From: Oscillospiraceae bacterium
Lineage (GTDB): Bacteria; Bacillota; Clostridia; UMGS1810
Reading direction: 5' to 3'
NCBI GenBank assembly: GCA_021629085.1
Contig: JAJXRJ010000006.1
Location: 6,660-70,659 of the forward strand
Length of the DNA stretch: 64,000 bases
Shown: positions 49,997 through 60,168 of the stretch, in pieces
Position numbering within the stretch: the stretch's first letter is position 1
Layout: every line of letters starts with the position of its first letter
Program-made: the position numbers and the translations under genes
Notes under the pieces: generated by a model
What the model was told of the DNA's origin: nothing
Databases searched by the model: none
What the model saw: only the letters and a program-made list of their open reading frames with translations

Positions 49997-50874
49997 TGGA
50001 TGCATATATGCAGCAGCTCATTCAAAAGGCGGGTATTTTAGTAGATGCGCTGCCCTACATACAGCGGCTCAACAAAAAGACAGTGGTCATCAAATACGGC
50101 GGCAACGCCATGATCAACGAAGACCTCAAAAAGAGTGTGACAGAGGATATCACGCTTCTAAAATTTGTGGGCATCAACCCCGTGATTGTGCATGGCGGCG
50201 GGCCGGACATCTCAGAGGCGCTTAAGGCCTACGGCATCAAAAGCGAGTTTGTAAACGGCCTGCGGGTGACCGATGAGAGCACCATGCGGGTGGCGCAGAT
50301 GGTTTTGGTGGGCAAAACCAACAAAGAAATTGTGTCGCTTTTAAACGCCAAGGGCGGCAAGGCCATTGGGCTGTGCGGCTTAGACGGGCGGCTCATCCAA
50401 TGCAAAAAGCTTGAAATGCCGGGCGCGGATTTGGGGTTTGTGGGCGAGATTGTGAAGGTGGATGCCAAGGTGATTAACCTTCTTACCGCCGACGAATACA
50501 TCCCGGTCATTGCACCTGTGGGCGTGGACGAATTTGGGCAGAGCTACAACATCAACGCCGACACGGTTGCCGCCGAGGTGGCAAAGGCGCTTAAGGCGGA
50601 AAAGCTGATGTATTTAACCGATGTGGAAGGCGTGAAGGACGTGGACGGCAACGTCATTTTTGCCATGAAAGCGGACGATGTGGAGAAAAACATTGAAAAC
50701 GGCGTCATATCAGGCGGCATGATCCCCAAGGTGCGCAGCTGCAAAGAGGCGGTGGAGCACGGGGTCAAACGGGTGCACATCATAGACGGGCGCATCCTGC
50801 ACGCCATTTTGCTTGAAATTTTCACCAAAAGCGGCATTGGCACTATGATTGCGGGCGATGTGATCAAAGATTGA
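49996..50874 (+). CDS. argB: Acetylglutamate kinase
   Basis: 292 aa ([22 protein letters not shown]). TAATG overlap with argC. Confidence 0.95.
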   Translation: MDAYMQQLIQKAGILVDALPYIQRLNKKTVVIKYGGNAMINEDLKKSVTEDITLLKFVGINPVIVHGGGPDISEALKAYGIKSEFVNGLRVTDESTMRVAQMVLVGKTNKEIVSLLNAKGGKAIGLCGLDGRLIQCKKLEMPGADLGFVGEIVKVDAKVINLLTADEYIPVIAPVGVDEFGQSYNINADTVAAEVAKALKAEKLMYLTDVEGVKDVDGNVIFAMKADDVEKNIENGVISGGMIPKVRSCKEAVEHGVKRVHIIDGRILHAILLEIFTKSGIGTMIAGDVIKD

Positions 50875-50886
50875 GGAGGCGGTTTT

Positions 50887-51780
50887 GTGGAGCACAAACG
50901 ACCGGGCGATTCCAACCATATCACACGGGCGTATTTTGATTCCCTGCTGCTTGAATTCCGGCAGTTTGGCGCAGGCGTGCCAAACACCGCGCTGACCCTT
51001 TTTGGAGAGGAATTTTCCACGCCGGTCATGATGGCGGCGCTTTCGCATCTTGACAAGTGCCGTGAAAACGGCATGGTGGAAATGGCAAAGGGCGCGCAGG
51101 CCGCAGGCGCAGTGATGTGGGCCGGCATGGGGGATGATGCGGAGCTTGCGGCGGTTTGTAGAACAGGCGCAAAGACCGTGAAAATTATAAAACCCTATGC
51201 GGACAATGATTTGATTTTTAGAAAAATTGAGCATGCAAAGCAGTGCGGTGTGCTGGCGGTGGGGATGGATATTGACCATGCATTTAACAAGGCCGGGCAG
51301 CCCGACACAGTGCTGGGCTTTTCTATGTCGCCAAAAAGTGCGGCCGAAATACGCGCATTTATTGATGCGGCGGACGACGTACCCTTTGTGATAAAAGGGG
51401 TTTTGAGTGTGCGCGATGCCGTGCTGTGCGCCGAGGCAGGCGCAGGGGGCATTGTGGTGTCCCACCACCATGGCATATTGGACTACGCCGTGCCGCCCTT
51501 ACTGGTGCTGCCGGACATTGCAAAGGCCCTTGCGGGCAGCGGCGTGGCGATTTTTGTGGACTGCGGCGTGGAAAGCGGGATCGATGTGATGAAAGCGCTG
51601 GCGCTGGGGGCCACGGCGGTTTCGGTGGGCCGGGCTGTGATGGAGCCGCTAAAAGCGGCGGGCGCAGCCGGCGTGAAAGAGATGGTAACCCGCATGACGG
51701 ATGAGCTCCGGGGGGCGATGGCACGTACGGCGTCATCCGATTTGGCACATATTGACCCCACTGTCATTTGGAAAAGATAA
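50887..51780 (+). CDS. FMN-dependent alpha-hydroxy-acid dehydrogenase family (FMN_dh-like) TIM-barrel protein, short and divergent
   Basis: GTG start with a GAGGAGG Shine-Dalgarno sequence. 297 aa. The family resemblance is in FGEEFSTPVMMAAL, VIKGV and GAGGIVVSHHHG...FVDCGVESG.DV.KALALGA.AV.VGR. Confidence 0.65.
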   Translation: MEHKRPGDSNHITRAYFDSLLLEFRQFGAGVPNTALTLFGEEFSTPVMMAALSHLDKCRENGMVEMAKGAQAAGAVMWAGMGDDAELAAVCRTGAKTVKIIKPYADNDLIFRKIEHAKQCGVLAVGMDIDHAFNKAGQPDTVLGFSMSPKSAAEIRAFIDAADDVPFVIKGVLSVRDAVLCAEAGAGGIVVSHHHGILDYAVPPLLVLPDIAKALAGSGVAIFVDCGVESGIDVMKALALGATAVSVGRAVMEPLKAAGAAGVKEMVTRMTDELRGAMARTASSDLAHIDPTVIWKR

Positions 51781-51784
51781 AAAA

Positions 51785-51828
51785 AGCGGCATTCGTGCAA
51801 AGGATATGTGCACGGTGCCGCTTTTTTA
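51785..51828 (+). terminator. Intrinsic terminator after the FMN_dh-like gene
   Basis: AGCGGCA..CGTGCA-N9-TGCACG..TGCCGCT forms a long hairpin followed by TTTTTT. Confidence 0.75.
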
Positions 51829-51833
51829 TCTTG

Positions 51834-51867
51834 GGAAAACCGGCTTGGAATCCGTTTTCCAAGCCGG
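51834..51867 (-). terminator. Intrinsic terminator after cimA (end of the aro-leuA-cimA operon)
   Basis: The minus strand reads CCGGCUUGGAA-AACGGA-UUCCAAGCCGG followed by UUUUCCC. Confidence 0.75.
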
Positions 51868-51874
51868 GGATATT

Positions 51875-53446
51875 TTATTCCTTTTCTGAGTCCTTGATGA
51901 TCTTATATTCCAGCGAATCCACCAGCGCAATCCAGCTGGCCTTTAAAATGTCGCTTGATACCCCCACTGTGGTCCAGCGGTCCGCGCCGTCTGTGGATTC
52001 GATGAGCACGCGCACAGTGGACGCAGTGGCGTCCTGGTCAATCACGCGCACTTTGTAGTCTAAAAGCTTTACATCCGCAATCTGTGGATAAAACACTTCC
52101 ATGGCCTTTCTGAGCGCCTTGTCCAGCGCGTTCACCGGGCCGTTTCCCTCTTCGGCGGTAATTTCGTCCCGCCCGTCCACCCGGATGCTGATGAGCGCAG
52201 TGGTTAAGTTGTCCTTGCCCACACTCTCCTGCTCGCTTAAAATGCGGAACCGGTTTAGGGCAAACACGGGGTTGTATTTTCCGATAATTTTCCGGATGAC
52301 AAGCTCCACGCTGCCCTCCGCCCCCTCAAACTGATAGCCGCGCCGTTCCAGCTCTTTCAGGCGCTTGGTGATGGCCGCAATGTCCGGGCTGTCTTTTTGA
52401 ATATCAAGGTCGGGGAACAGCGCCTGCACTTTGTTAAACACCGCCGCCTTGCCGCTCACCTCGGAAACCAGAAGCTGCCGGCGGTTGCCCACTGCTTCCG
52501 GAGCGACGTGTTCAAATGAACGGGGCATTTTGCACACCGCGTCAATGTGCATGCCGCCCTTGTGTGCAAAGGCGTTTTTGCCCACATAGGGCGCGCCGTC
52601 CGGCAGAGCGAGGTTGGCCGTGTCCGCAATATACCGGCTTGCCGCCGTAAGCTTTTTTAGCCGCGGGCCAATCACGTCCATCCCCATCCGGGTTTGCAGG
52701 TTGCCAATTACCGTGGCAAGGTTGGCGTTGCCGCACCGTTCGCCGCACCCGGTAAAGGTGCCCTGCACCTGTGTTGCGCCCGCGCGCACTGCCATTACGC
52801 TGTTTGCCACCGCCATGCCGCAGTCGTCGTGGCAGTGGATGCCCACCATTTTGCCGTATTTTTGCACCACAAACGAGACTGCGTCAAACACCTCGTCTGG
52901 CAGCGCCGCGCCGTTGGTGTCGCACAGCACAATGGCATCCGCGCCCGCCCAATAGGCAGCCTCCAGCGATTTTAACGCGTATTCGCGGTTTTTCTGATAC
53001 CCGTCAAAAAAATGCTCCGCATCAAAGATGACGGTTTTTTGGTGCTCCTTTAAATAGCAGATGGTATCGTAAATCATGTTGAGGTTTTCATAGAGCGGGG
53101 CCTGCAAAATGTGCTCTACGTGAAAGTCCCACGCCTTGCCAAACACGCTTACCACGTCGGTTTGCGCGCGCAAAAGATTTTTTACGCCTGCATCGCGCGA
53201 AACCGCGCCGCCCGCCCGCCGGGTGCTGCCAAAGGCCACCAGCTTGGCATTTTTTAACGAGAGCGACGCTGCCCGCTCAAAAAAATCGAGGTCTTTGGGG
53301 TTGGACGCAGGGTTTCCCGCTTCAATATAGGCCACGCCCACGTCGTCTAACGCCTTGGCAATCTTTAATTTGTCCTCCACCGAAAGGCTGATGCCCCCGG
53401 TCTGAACGCCCTCGCGCAGCGTACAGTCAAACAGTGAAATGTTCAT
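51875..53446 (-). CDS. cimA: (R)-citramalate synthase (LeuA/HMGL family)
   Basis: 523 aa. N-terminus LFDCTLREGVQTGGISLSVEDKLKIAKALDDVGVAYIEAGNPASNPKDLDFF is typical of the CimA clade, with a C-terminal LeuA-dimer regulatory domain. Confidence 0.75.
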   Translation of the reverse strand: MNISLFDCTLREGVQTGGISLSVEDKLKIAKALDDVGVAYIEAGNPASNPKDLDFFERAASLSLKNAKLVAFGSTRRAGGAVSRDAGVKNLLRAQTDVVSVFGKAWDFHVEHILQAPLYENLNMIYDTICYLKEHQKTVIFDAEHFFDGYQKNREYALKSLEAAYWAGADAIVLCDTNGAALPDEVFDAVSFVVQKYGKMVGIHCHDDCGMAVANSVMAVRAGATQVQGTFTGCGERCGNANLATVIGNLQTRMGMDVIGPRLKKLTAASRYIADTANLALPDGAPYVGKNAFAHKGGMHIDAVCKMPRSFEHVAPEAVGNRRQLLVSEVSGKAAVFNKVQALFPDLDIQKDSPDIAAITKRLKELERRGYQFEGAEGSVELVIRKIIGKYNPVFALNRFRILSEQESVGKDNLTTALISIRVDGRDEITAEEGNGPVNALDKALRKAMEVFYPQIADVKLLDYKVRVIDQDATASTVRVLIESTDGADRWTTVGVSSDILKASWIALVDSLEYKIIKDSEKE

Positions 53447-53467
53447 GTTTGCGCCCCCTTTTTGAAA

Positions 53468-54973
53468 TTATGCGTCCGCGGCAAGCTTGTTCACCGCGTC
53501 GAGATATGCGTGAATGCTCGCCTCGATAATGTCGGTGCTAAGGCCCTTGCCCTTCACAATTTTCCCGTCAAATTTTAACTGCACCCGCGCTTCGCCCAGC
53601 GCGTCCACGCCCTGGGTGATGGAGCGGATGGAGTAGTCGTCTAACACAGCGCCAATGCCGGTGAGCTTGTTGATGGCGCGAAACGCCGCATCCACCGGGC
53701 CGTCGCCAATGGCGACATCCTCAATTTCGCGGCCGTTTTCCAAAAGCCGCAAAATGGCGGTACTGGTGATGGTGTTTCCCACATTTATCACAAACCGCTT
53801 GAGCTTGTAGGTTTCTTCTACGGCGGAGAGCTTGTTTTGCACCAATGCCTCTAAGTCGCGCTCGGTGATATCTTTTTTCTTGTCGCACAGCGCTTTAAAT
53901 TTTAAAAACAGCTCGTCTTCTTCCGCTTCTGACACCTCGTGCCCGTTTTCCAACAGCCAGCTTTTAAACGCGTGCCGGCCCGAGTGCTTGCCCAGCACAA
54001 TGCCGCTCTCCTTATAGCCCACGTCCTCCGGGCGGATAATCTCATAGGTTTCGCGCTTGGCCATCACGCCGTGCTGGTGAATGCCCGCCTCGTGCAGAAA
54101 TGCGTTTTTGCCCACAATGGCTTTGTTTGCCTGCACAAATGAGCCGGTCACCGCGCTCACCAGCCTTGAGGCCGGGATGATTTGCTTGGTGTTGATATTG
54201 GTGTCCGCGCCGTATAGATCCCCGCGCACCCGCAGCGCCATGACAATTTCTTCCATAGAGGCGTTGCCCGCCCGCTCGCCAATGCCGTTTATGGTGCACT
54301 CCACCTGGTCTGCACCTGCCTTGATGGCCGCAAGCGAAGCGGCGGTGGCAAGCCCCAGATCGTTGTGGCAGTGCACCGAAAGCACTGCCTGGGAGATGTT
54401 TGGCACCCGGCGTTTGACCTCTGATACCAGCGCGCCGAATTCTTCGGGCAGCATATAGCCCACGGTGTCGGGGATGTTGATGGTGGTTGCGCCCGCAGAA
54501 ATGGCGCGCGTGAGCACCCGGCTTAAAAAGTCTATGTCGCTGCGCGATGCGTCCTCTGCCGAAAACTCCACATCGGACACAAATTGCCTGGCGTATGCAA
54601 CCATCTGTGCCGCCAGCCGCTCCACCTCGTCCGGCGTCATGCGCAGCTTGTATTCCATGTGCAGCGGCGAGGTGGCCAAAAACAGGTGGATCCGCGGTTT
54701 TTGCGCGTGCTTTACCGCCTCGTAGGCCAAATCGATGTCCTGTTTGGAACAGCGCGAAAGGCTTGCCACAGTGGAGGTTTTTAAAATTTTGGAAATTTCC
54801 TGCACTGCACAAAAATCGCCTTTGGACGACGCGGCAAAGCCGGCCTCAATCACGTCAACGCCCAGTTTTTCCAGCTGCCGCGCCACCTGCAGCTTTTCTT
54901 TTAAGCTCATTGTGCAGCCCGGCGACTGTTCGCCGTCGCGCAGCGTGGTATCAAAAATTCGAATGGTTCGCAT
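53468..54973 (-). CDS. leuA: 2-isopropylmalate synthase
   Basis: Start [19 protein letters not shown] at 54973 with a GGGGGA Shine-Dalgarno sequence, 13 nt after the aroK stop. HCHNDLGLA motif and a C-terminal regulatory domain. Confidence 0.9.
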   Translation of the reverse strand: MRTIRIFDTTLRDGEQSPGCTMSLKEKLQVARQLEKLGVDVIEAGFAASSKGDFCAVQEISKILKTSTVASLSRCSKQDIDLAYEAVKHAQKPRIHLFLATSPLHMEYKLRMTPDEVERLAAQMVAYARQFVSDVEFSAEDASRSDIDFLSRVLTRAISAGATTINIPDTVGYMLPEEFGALVSEVKRRVPNISQAVLSVHCHNDLGLATAASLAAIKAGADQVECTINGIGERAGNASMEEIVMALRVRGDLYGADTNINTKQIIPASRLVSAVTGSFVQANKAIVGKNAFLHEAGIHQHGVMAKRETYEIIRPEDVGYKESGIVLGKHSGRHAFKSWLLENGHEVSEAEEDELFLKFKALCDKKKDITERDLEALVQNKLSAVEETYKLKRFVINVGNTITSTAILRLLENGREIEDVAIGDGPVDAAFRAINKLTGIGAVLDDYSIRSITQGVDALGEARVQLKFDGKIVKGKGLSTDIIEASIHAYLDAVNKLAADA

Positions 54974-54986
54974 AAAAAAGTCCCCC

Positions 54987-55517
54987 TTATGGTTTGAGCG
55001 GCCAGCCCGGCTTGCCGGATAAAATGGATGAGAGAAGATGATAGAGCGCATTTGCCGCATCGTCTTTTGCGCCGGTATTTACAAGGATGTGGTCGGCGCT
55101 TTCGCGGTAGCGGGCGATGCGTTCTTCATAGAGGGCAAACACCCGCTCGTCCCCCCCTTTTAAAAGCGGCCGGTTTTTGAGCTCGGAATTTTTCAGAATC
55201 TGTGCAGGCGGCGTGTCGATAAACACCACTGTGCCGGATTTTTTCATGAGTTCCACATTTTTCGGCCGCAATATGATTCCCCCGCCGGTGGATACCAAAA
55301 GCCGGTCCTTGTGGGACAAGTCGATCAGCGCCTGGGTTTCCAGATCGCGGAAATACGCCTCGCCGCGGGTTTTAAAGATGTCTGGCACCGTGCGCCGCTG
55401 CTTTTCGGTGATATAGTGGTCGGTGTCGATAAATTCTAAGCCCAGCCGTTCAGACAGCATCACGCCCAGCGTGGTTTTGCCGCTGCCCGGCATGCCGGTA
55501 AGGTAAACGTTATGCAT
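54987..55517 (-). CDS. aroK: Shikimate kinase
   Basis: 176 aa, Walker A GMPGSGKTT, STGGG motif. Confidence 0.9.
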   Translation of the reverse strand: MHNVYLTGMPGSGKTTLGVMLSERLGLEFIDTDHYITEKQRRTVPDIFKTRGEAYFRDLETQALIDLSHKDRLLVSTGGGIILRPKNVELMKKSGTVVFIDTPPAQILKNSELKNRPLLKGGDERVFALYEERIARYRESADHILVNTGAKDDAANALYHLLSSILSGKPGWPLKP

Positions 55518-55959
55518 GCCTGCCTCCGCCCAAACGGTCTATCAGCGCGTCAATGGCCATGCGGTAGCCAAATGCGCCAAAGCCCGCAATCTGCCCAATG
55601 CACGCGGGCGCGACCACCGATGTCCGCCGAAATTCCTCCCTTGCGTGGACATTGGACAAATGAATCTCCACACACGGGAGGGGCACTGATTTGACCGCGT
55701 CAAAAATGGCGTAGCTGTAGTGCGTGTATGCGCCCGGGTTTAGCAGGATGCCGTCAAAGTGTTCAAAATAGGCGCGGTGGATGGCGTCTACAATGCCGCC
55801 CTCGTGATTGGTTTGCACAAATTCCACCTCTGCGCCCTGTTTTTCTGCGTAAGCCGCAATGCCTGCTGTAAGTGTGTCATAGGAGTCCTTCCCATACACG
55901 CCCGGCTCGCGCACACCCAGCAAATTTAAATTCGGCCCGTGAATGACCATCAGTTTCAT
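55510..55959 (-). CDS. aroQ: Type II 3-dehydroquinate dehydratase
   Basis: 149 aa (VIHGPNLNLLGVREP..YG, QTNHEG, INPGAYTHYS, EIHLSN). Confidence 0.93.
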   Translation of the reverse strand: MKLMVIHGPNLNLLGVREPGVYGKDSYDTLTAGIAAYAEKQGAEVEFVQTNHEGGIVDAIHRAYFEHFDGILLNPGAYTHYSYAIFDAVKSVPLPCVEIHLSNVHAREEFRRTSVVAPACIGQIAGFGAFGYRMAIDALIDRLGGGRHA

Positions 55960-56735
55960 TGCTCGTTCACCTCGTGATAAATTTTTTCAATGGCTTGCCT
56001 GTCGGTTTCGGTCTTGTTCCAAATGGCCTGGGAGCGGATGCCCTGCGCCACCAGCATATAAAGCCCGTTTACCGCTGTGAGCCCCTGCAGGGCCGCCTGC
56101 TTTAACAAAAGCGTCTGCCTGGGGTTGTAGATGAGGTCCATCACCTGCAAAAAGTGCAGCTCGCCCGCTATCGGGCAGGCGTTTTGGTTTGGATACATGC
56201 CGCACGGCGTGGCGTTGATTAAAAGGTCGCCCGAAAGATATGCGTCATAGCGTTTGGCAGCACATCCCAAATGCTCGGTTTTTTCGCGTGAGACAAATAA
56301 AATGTCTGCCGCGCCCAAATGCCGGCACACCGCCCACACCGCGCGGGACGCCCCGCCTGTGCCCAAAATGACCACCCGCTTTCCCAAAACCGAAATGCCA
56401 AACCGTTCAAAGGTTGCCAAAAGCCCGTAAAAATCGGTGTTGTACCCAATGCGCCTGCCGTTTTCAAACGCAATGGTGTTCACTGCGCCAATCTCTTTTG
56501 CCTCAGGCGCGATTTCGTGCAGGTGCTCCATCACCGAAAGCTTATAGGGGATGGTGACGTTTATCCCATCGTATCCCGCGTTTAAAATCGCCTCAAATTC
56601 GCGGTCAAAGCTGCCGCGCGCAATCGCTAGAAGCTCGTAGCGCGCGTCCATTTCCGCAATGTCAAAATAGCGGTTGTGGATGGGCGCGGACAGCGAATGG
56701 CCCAGCTTTTCGCCAATGAGCGCAAACCGTTTCAT
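55956..56735 (-). CDS. aroE: Shikimate dehydrogenase
   Basis: Start MKRFALIGEKLGHSLSAPIHN at 56735, with an ATGA overlap with the pheA stop. GTGGASRAV NADP motif. The ORF-track start at 56828 overlaps pheA. Confidence 0.9.
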   Translation of the reverse strand: MKRFALIGEKLGHSLSAPIHNRYFDIAEMDARYELLAIARGSFDREFEAILNAGYDGINVTIPYKLSVMEHLHEIAPEAKEIGAVNTIAFENGRRIGYNTDFYGLLATFERFGISVLGKRVVILGTGGASRAVWAVCRHLGAADILFVSREKTEHLGCAAKRYDAYLSGDLLINATPCGMYPNQNACPIAGELHFLQVMDLIYNPRQTLLLKQAALQGLTAVNGLYMLVAQGIRSQAIWNKTETDRQAIEKIYHEVNEQ

Positions 56736-57829
56736 TTTTCCGCCCCCTTGTAGCAGCCCAAAAATTTTAAACGGTTGACGTGTGCGCGAAGCTCTAAAAG
56801 CGCGTCCTTTCCCGGGCCGTCTGTCCACACATTCCCGGCAAAGTCGATGAAAAACAGGTAGGAAAACGGCATTTGCTTGTCAGGGCGGGATTCAATTTTT
56901 AGGAGGTTTACATGGTGCTTGGCAAAAATTTCGAGGATCCGGAACAGTTCTCCCGCCTTGTGGTCAATGGAAACCACCACGCTGGTTTTGTCCGCTGTAT
57001 CCGAAATTTCCTCCGCCTTTCCCATTACAATAAATTTGGTAATGTTTGTGAGGTTGGAATTGATGTTTGCCGCAAGCACTGTGAGCCCATACGCGGCTGC
57101 CGCGCCCATTCCCGCCACCGCCGCAATGTCCCTTTTGCCGCTCTCTGCCACAAATTTTGCGCTCATGGCGGTGTTGTGATAGGGGATTTTTTGCGCATGC
57201 AGGGTGTTTAGAAATTCACGGCACTGCATAAGCGCCTGCGGGTGGGAGTACACCTTTGTGATATCCGAAATCTTGGCGCCTTCTGCCGCAAGCAAATGCT
57301 GGTGCACGGGAAGAAAGAGCTCCCCCACAATGTAGAGGTCGTATTTTAACACCAGGTCGTATACGTCGGTCACCGGGCCGGTAGTGGAATTTTCAAATGG
57401 GATTACCGCATAGTCCGCCTGCCCGTTTAGCACCGCGCGAAACACCTCTTCCATGGTGTCAAACCCAATGGCGTCCGCCGCGCCCAAAGCGTCTGCATAT
57501 GTGCGCGCCGCCTCGTGCGAAAAGCTTCCCGCCGCGCCTAAGTAGGAAAGGGTTTTTACCGTCTTGGTGCGGTCGGCCTGATAGCGCCGGCTGATGCGCA
57601 TGACCGACTCATAAAAATCGCGCGCATAGGGGGCAAGCGATTTGTCCAAAAGCCGCTCTGCCACGCCGTCCAGCACCTGCTGTTCACGTGCGGCGTTTAA
57701 AATGGGGATATTGTTCTTTGCCTTGTAGTCGCCCACGCGCCCAGAGACCGCCATGCGCGCTTCAAACAGGCGAAGCATCTCTTTGTCCAGCGCGTCAATT
57801 TCTTCGCGCAAAAGTTTTAGCGTATCCAT
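56732..57829 (-). CDS. pheA: Bifunctional chorismate mutase / prephenate dehydratase (P-protein)
   Basis: 365 aa with an N-terminal CM_2 domain (LREEIDALDKEMLRLFEARM), a PDT domain and a C-terminal ACT domain (ESRP motif IESRPDK). Confidence 0.88.
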   Translation of the reverse strand: MDTLKLLREEIDALDKEMLRLFEARMAVSGRVGDYKAKNNIPILNAAREQQVLDGVAERLLDKSLAPYARDFYESVMRISRRYQADRTKTVKTLSYLGAAGSFSHEAARTYADALGAADAIGFDTMEEVFRAVLNGQADYAVIPFENSTTGPVTDVYDLVLKYDLYIVGELFLPVHQHLLAAEGAKISDITKVYSHPQALMQCREFLNTLHAQKIPYHNTAMSAKFVAESGKRDIAAVAGMGAAAAYGLTVLAANINSNLTNITKFIVMGKAEEISDTADKTSVVVSIDHKAGELFRILEIFAKHHVNLLKIESRPDKQMPFSYLFFIDFAGNVWTDGPGKDALLELRAHVNRLKFLGCYKGAEK

Positions 57830-58903
57830 TTAGTTCCCTCCCAGCATGTCAAGCACCGCCAGCCCGGCCGCCGCCTCCAGCGCTGCCGCGGCGCGGGGCA
57901 CAATGCAGCAGTCGTGCCTGCCTTTTAATGTTAATTGCGTGTCTTTTTTGGAAAGCACGTCCACAGTGTCCTGCGTCTGAAAGATAGACGGCGTGGGCTT
58001 TATGGCCACGCGGCACACCACAGGCATGCCGTTTGTAATGCCGCCCAAAATGCCGCCGTTGTTATTGGTGCGGGTTTTTACCGTGCCGCCGTCCATGTAA
58101 TACGCGTCATTTGCGTCAAACCCGGTCATTTTTGCAATGCCAAAGCCTGCGCCAAACTCCACGCCCTTTACCGCGGGCACCGAAAACAGCATGGCGGAAA
58201 GCCGGCTTTCCACCGAGCCAAAAAACGGGTCGCCAATGCCTGCGCCAACGCCGTCTATGATAAGCTCTACTACGCCGCCGACCGAGTTTTTGTCCGCCGC
58301 TGCCGCTTTGATGACGTCCAGCATCCGCGTTTTTAACGCGTTATCCAGAACGGGGAATTCGCTCTTTCTAAGCGTGTCAAACAGCGCGCCGTCCAAAGGC
58401 GTTCCCAAAAGGCTTTCGCCTGTGACGTCGCCAATGGACAAAATATGGGAACACACCCGGACCCCTCGCGCCTGCAAGAGTTGAAGGGCCAAGGCTCCCG
58501 CAAACACCAGCGGCGCGGTGAGCCGGCCGGAAAAGTGCCCGCCGCCGCGGTAGTCGGCGTTCCCGCCGTATTTCACATAGGCCGGGTAGTCGGCGTGGCC
58601 CGGGCGCATGCACCGTTTTAGGTCGTCATAGTGAGCGCTTTTGGTGTCGTTATTGCGGATGAGAAACGCCAGCGGCGCGCCGTTGGTTTTGCCTTCAAAC
58701 AGCCCGCTCAAAATTTCATAAGCGTCGCTCTCCGCGCGCGGCGTGGCGTAAACCGCCCGGTGGTTGCGGCGTTTTAAATAGCCGTCAATATGGGAAAAAT
58801 CAGGCGAAAACCCGGCGGGCAGCCCGCCCAGCACGCCGCCGATGGCAGGCCCGTGCGATTCGCCGAATATGGTAAATGTAATGTTTTTGCCAAAGGTATT
58901 CAT
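57830..58903 (-). CDS. aroC: Chorismate synthase
   Basis: Start MNTFGKNITFTIFGESHGPAIG at 58903, with an ATGA overlap with the aroA stop. GRHDCCIVPRA motif. Confidence 0.93.
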   Translation of the reverse strand: MNTFGKNITFTIFGESHGPAIGGVLGGLPAGFSPDFSHIDGYLKRRNHRAVYATPRAESDAYEILSGLFEGKTNGAPLAFLIRNNDTKSAHYDDLKRCMRPGHADYPAYVKYGGNADYRGGGHFSGRLTAPLVFAGALALQLLQARGVRVCSHILSIGDVTGESLLGTPLDGALFDTLRKSEFPVLDNALKTRMLDVIKAAAADKNSVGGVVELIIDGVGAGIGDPFFGSVESRLSAMLFSVPAVKGVEFGAGFGIAKMTGFDANDAYYMDGGTVKTRTNNNGGILGGITNGMPVVCRVAIKPTPSIFQTQDTVDVLSKKDTQLTLKGRHDCCIVPRAAAALEAAAGLAVLDMLGGN

Positions 58904-60168
58904 CGTGTGCCGCCTTTCATGGAGGATACAAACGGGGCAAAGTCGGTATAAAACGTGGGGTATGATTTTTCCACGCACTTCGGGTCCAGCAAGGTGACGG
59001 GCCCGTCCGCCACCGTGGCCGCCGCACAGAGCATCATGGCAATGCGGTGGTCGTTAAAGGTTTCTGCACGGCACCCCAAAAAATGCGTCCCGCCCAAAAT
59101 GGTGATGGTGTTTTCATCTGCAAAGGCCTCTGCGCCCAGGCTTTTTAATGTGGAGAGGGTGGACAAGACCCGGTCGCTCTCCTTTACGCGAAGCCTGGAT
59201 GTGCCGGTGAGCACGCTTTTGCCCTTTGCCGCCGCGCACACCAGCGCCAAAATGGGCGCAATGTCCGGGCAGTTGGAAACGTCAAATATGCCGCCTGTAA
59301 GAGAAGCATGCTGGGCCGTTACCACACCGTCGGCCTGTGCAATCTGCCCGCCCATGGCCTTAAAAAAATCCAGCACCGCGGCGTCGCCCTGTTTGGAATG
59401 GATTCTAAGGCCGGAAATGACGGCCCTGCCGCCGAGCACCCCCGCCGCGGCAAACACTGCCGCCTGGGAGTAGTCGCCCTCCACCTGCGTGTCGGGCAGG
59501 CGGTAGGTTTGGTTTCCCGGAATATAAAATTTCTGATATTGGTCGTGGAGGATGGTGATGCCGCTGTTTTTCAGCACGTCCAGCGTGATATCCACATAGG
59601 GCCGCGACAACAGCGGCGTGGTGAGGGTGAGGGTGGAGTCGCGCTGTGCAAGCGGCAGGGCGTAGAGCATACCGGTGATGTATTGCGAGCTCACGTCGCC
59701 TGCCATTTTGTAGTCGCCGCCGCAAAGCCTGCCCGTAAGCGTCAGGCCGCTGCCCGGCGTGTAGCGGTAAGAAACACCCGCCTGGTCAAACAGGGAAAGA
59801 TATGCGTCAATGGGCCGCCGAAGCAAAGACGCCCGCCCGGTGATGTGCGCACGCACGCCCAAAACCGCGAGGATGGGGATGAGAAACCGCAGGGTAGAGC
59901 CCGACTCGCCGCAGTCAAACACGTCTGTGCCCGGCACACCGCCGCCGCACACCGTCACCGCGCGCGCCTCTTTTTTTACTGCCGCGCCCAGGCCCGAAAG
60001 GCAGTCAAGCGTGGCTAAGATATCCTTTGAAAACAATACATTTTGGATGCGCACCGGTGTTTTTCCCAGCGCGGCCGAAAGCAGATAGCGGTGGGAATAC
60101 GATTTGGAGGGCGGCGCACTCACCGCCGCGTCAAACCCGCTCTTTTTGGTGACGGTCAAAGTTTCCAT
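58900..60168 (-). CDS. aroA: 3-phosphoshikimate 1-carboxyvinyltransferase (EPSP synthase)
   Basis: Start METLTVTKK...PPSKSYSHRYLL at 60168, overlapping the aroB end by 13 nt. LRVKESDR and NDHRIAMM motifs. The ORF-track start at 60462 lies inside aroB. Confidence 0.93.
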   Translation of the reverse strand: METLTVTKKSGFDAAVSAPPSKSYSHRYLLSAALGKTPVRIQNVLFSKDILATLDCLSGLGAAVKKEARAVTVCGGGVPGTDVFDCGESGSTLRFLIPILAVLGVRAHITGRASLLRRPIDAYLSLFDQAGVSYRYTPGSGLTLTGRLCGGDYKMAGDVSSQYITGMLYALPLAQRDSTLTLTTPLLSRPYVDITLDVLKNSGITILHDQYQKFYIPGNQTYRLPDTQVEGDYSQAAVFAAAGVLGGRAVISGLRIHSKQGDAAVLDFFKAMGGQIAQADGVVTAQHASLTGGIFDVSNCPDIAPILALVCAAAKGKSVLTGTSRLRVKESDRVLSTLSTLKSLGAEAFADENTITILGGTHFLGCRAETFNDHRIAMMLCAAATVADGPVTLLDPKCVEKSYPTFYTDFAPFVSSMKGGTR

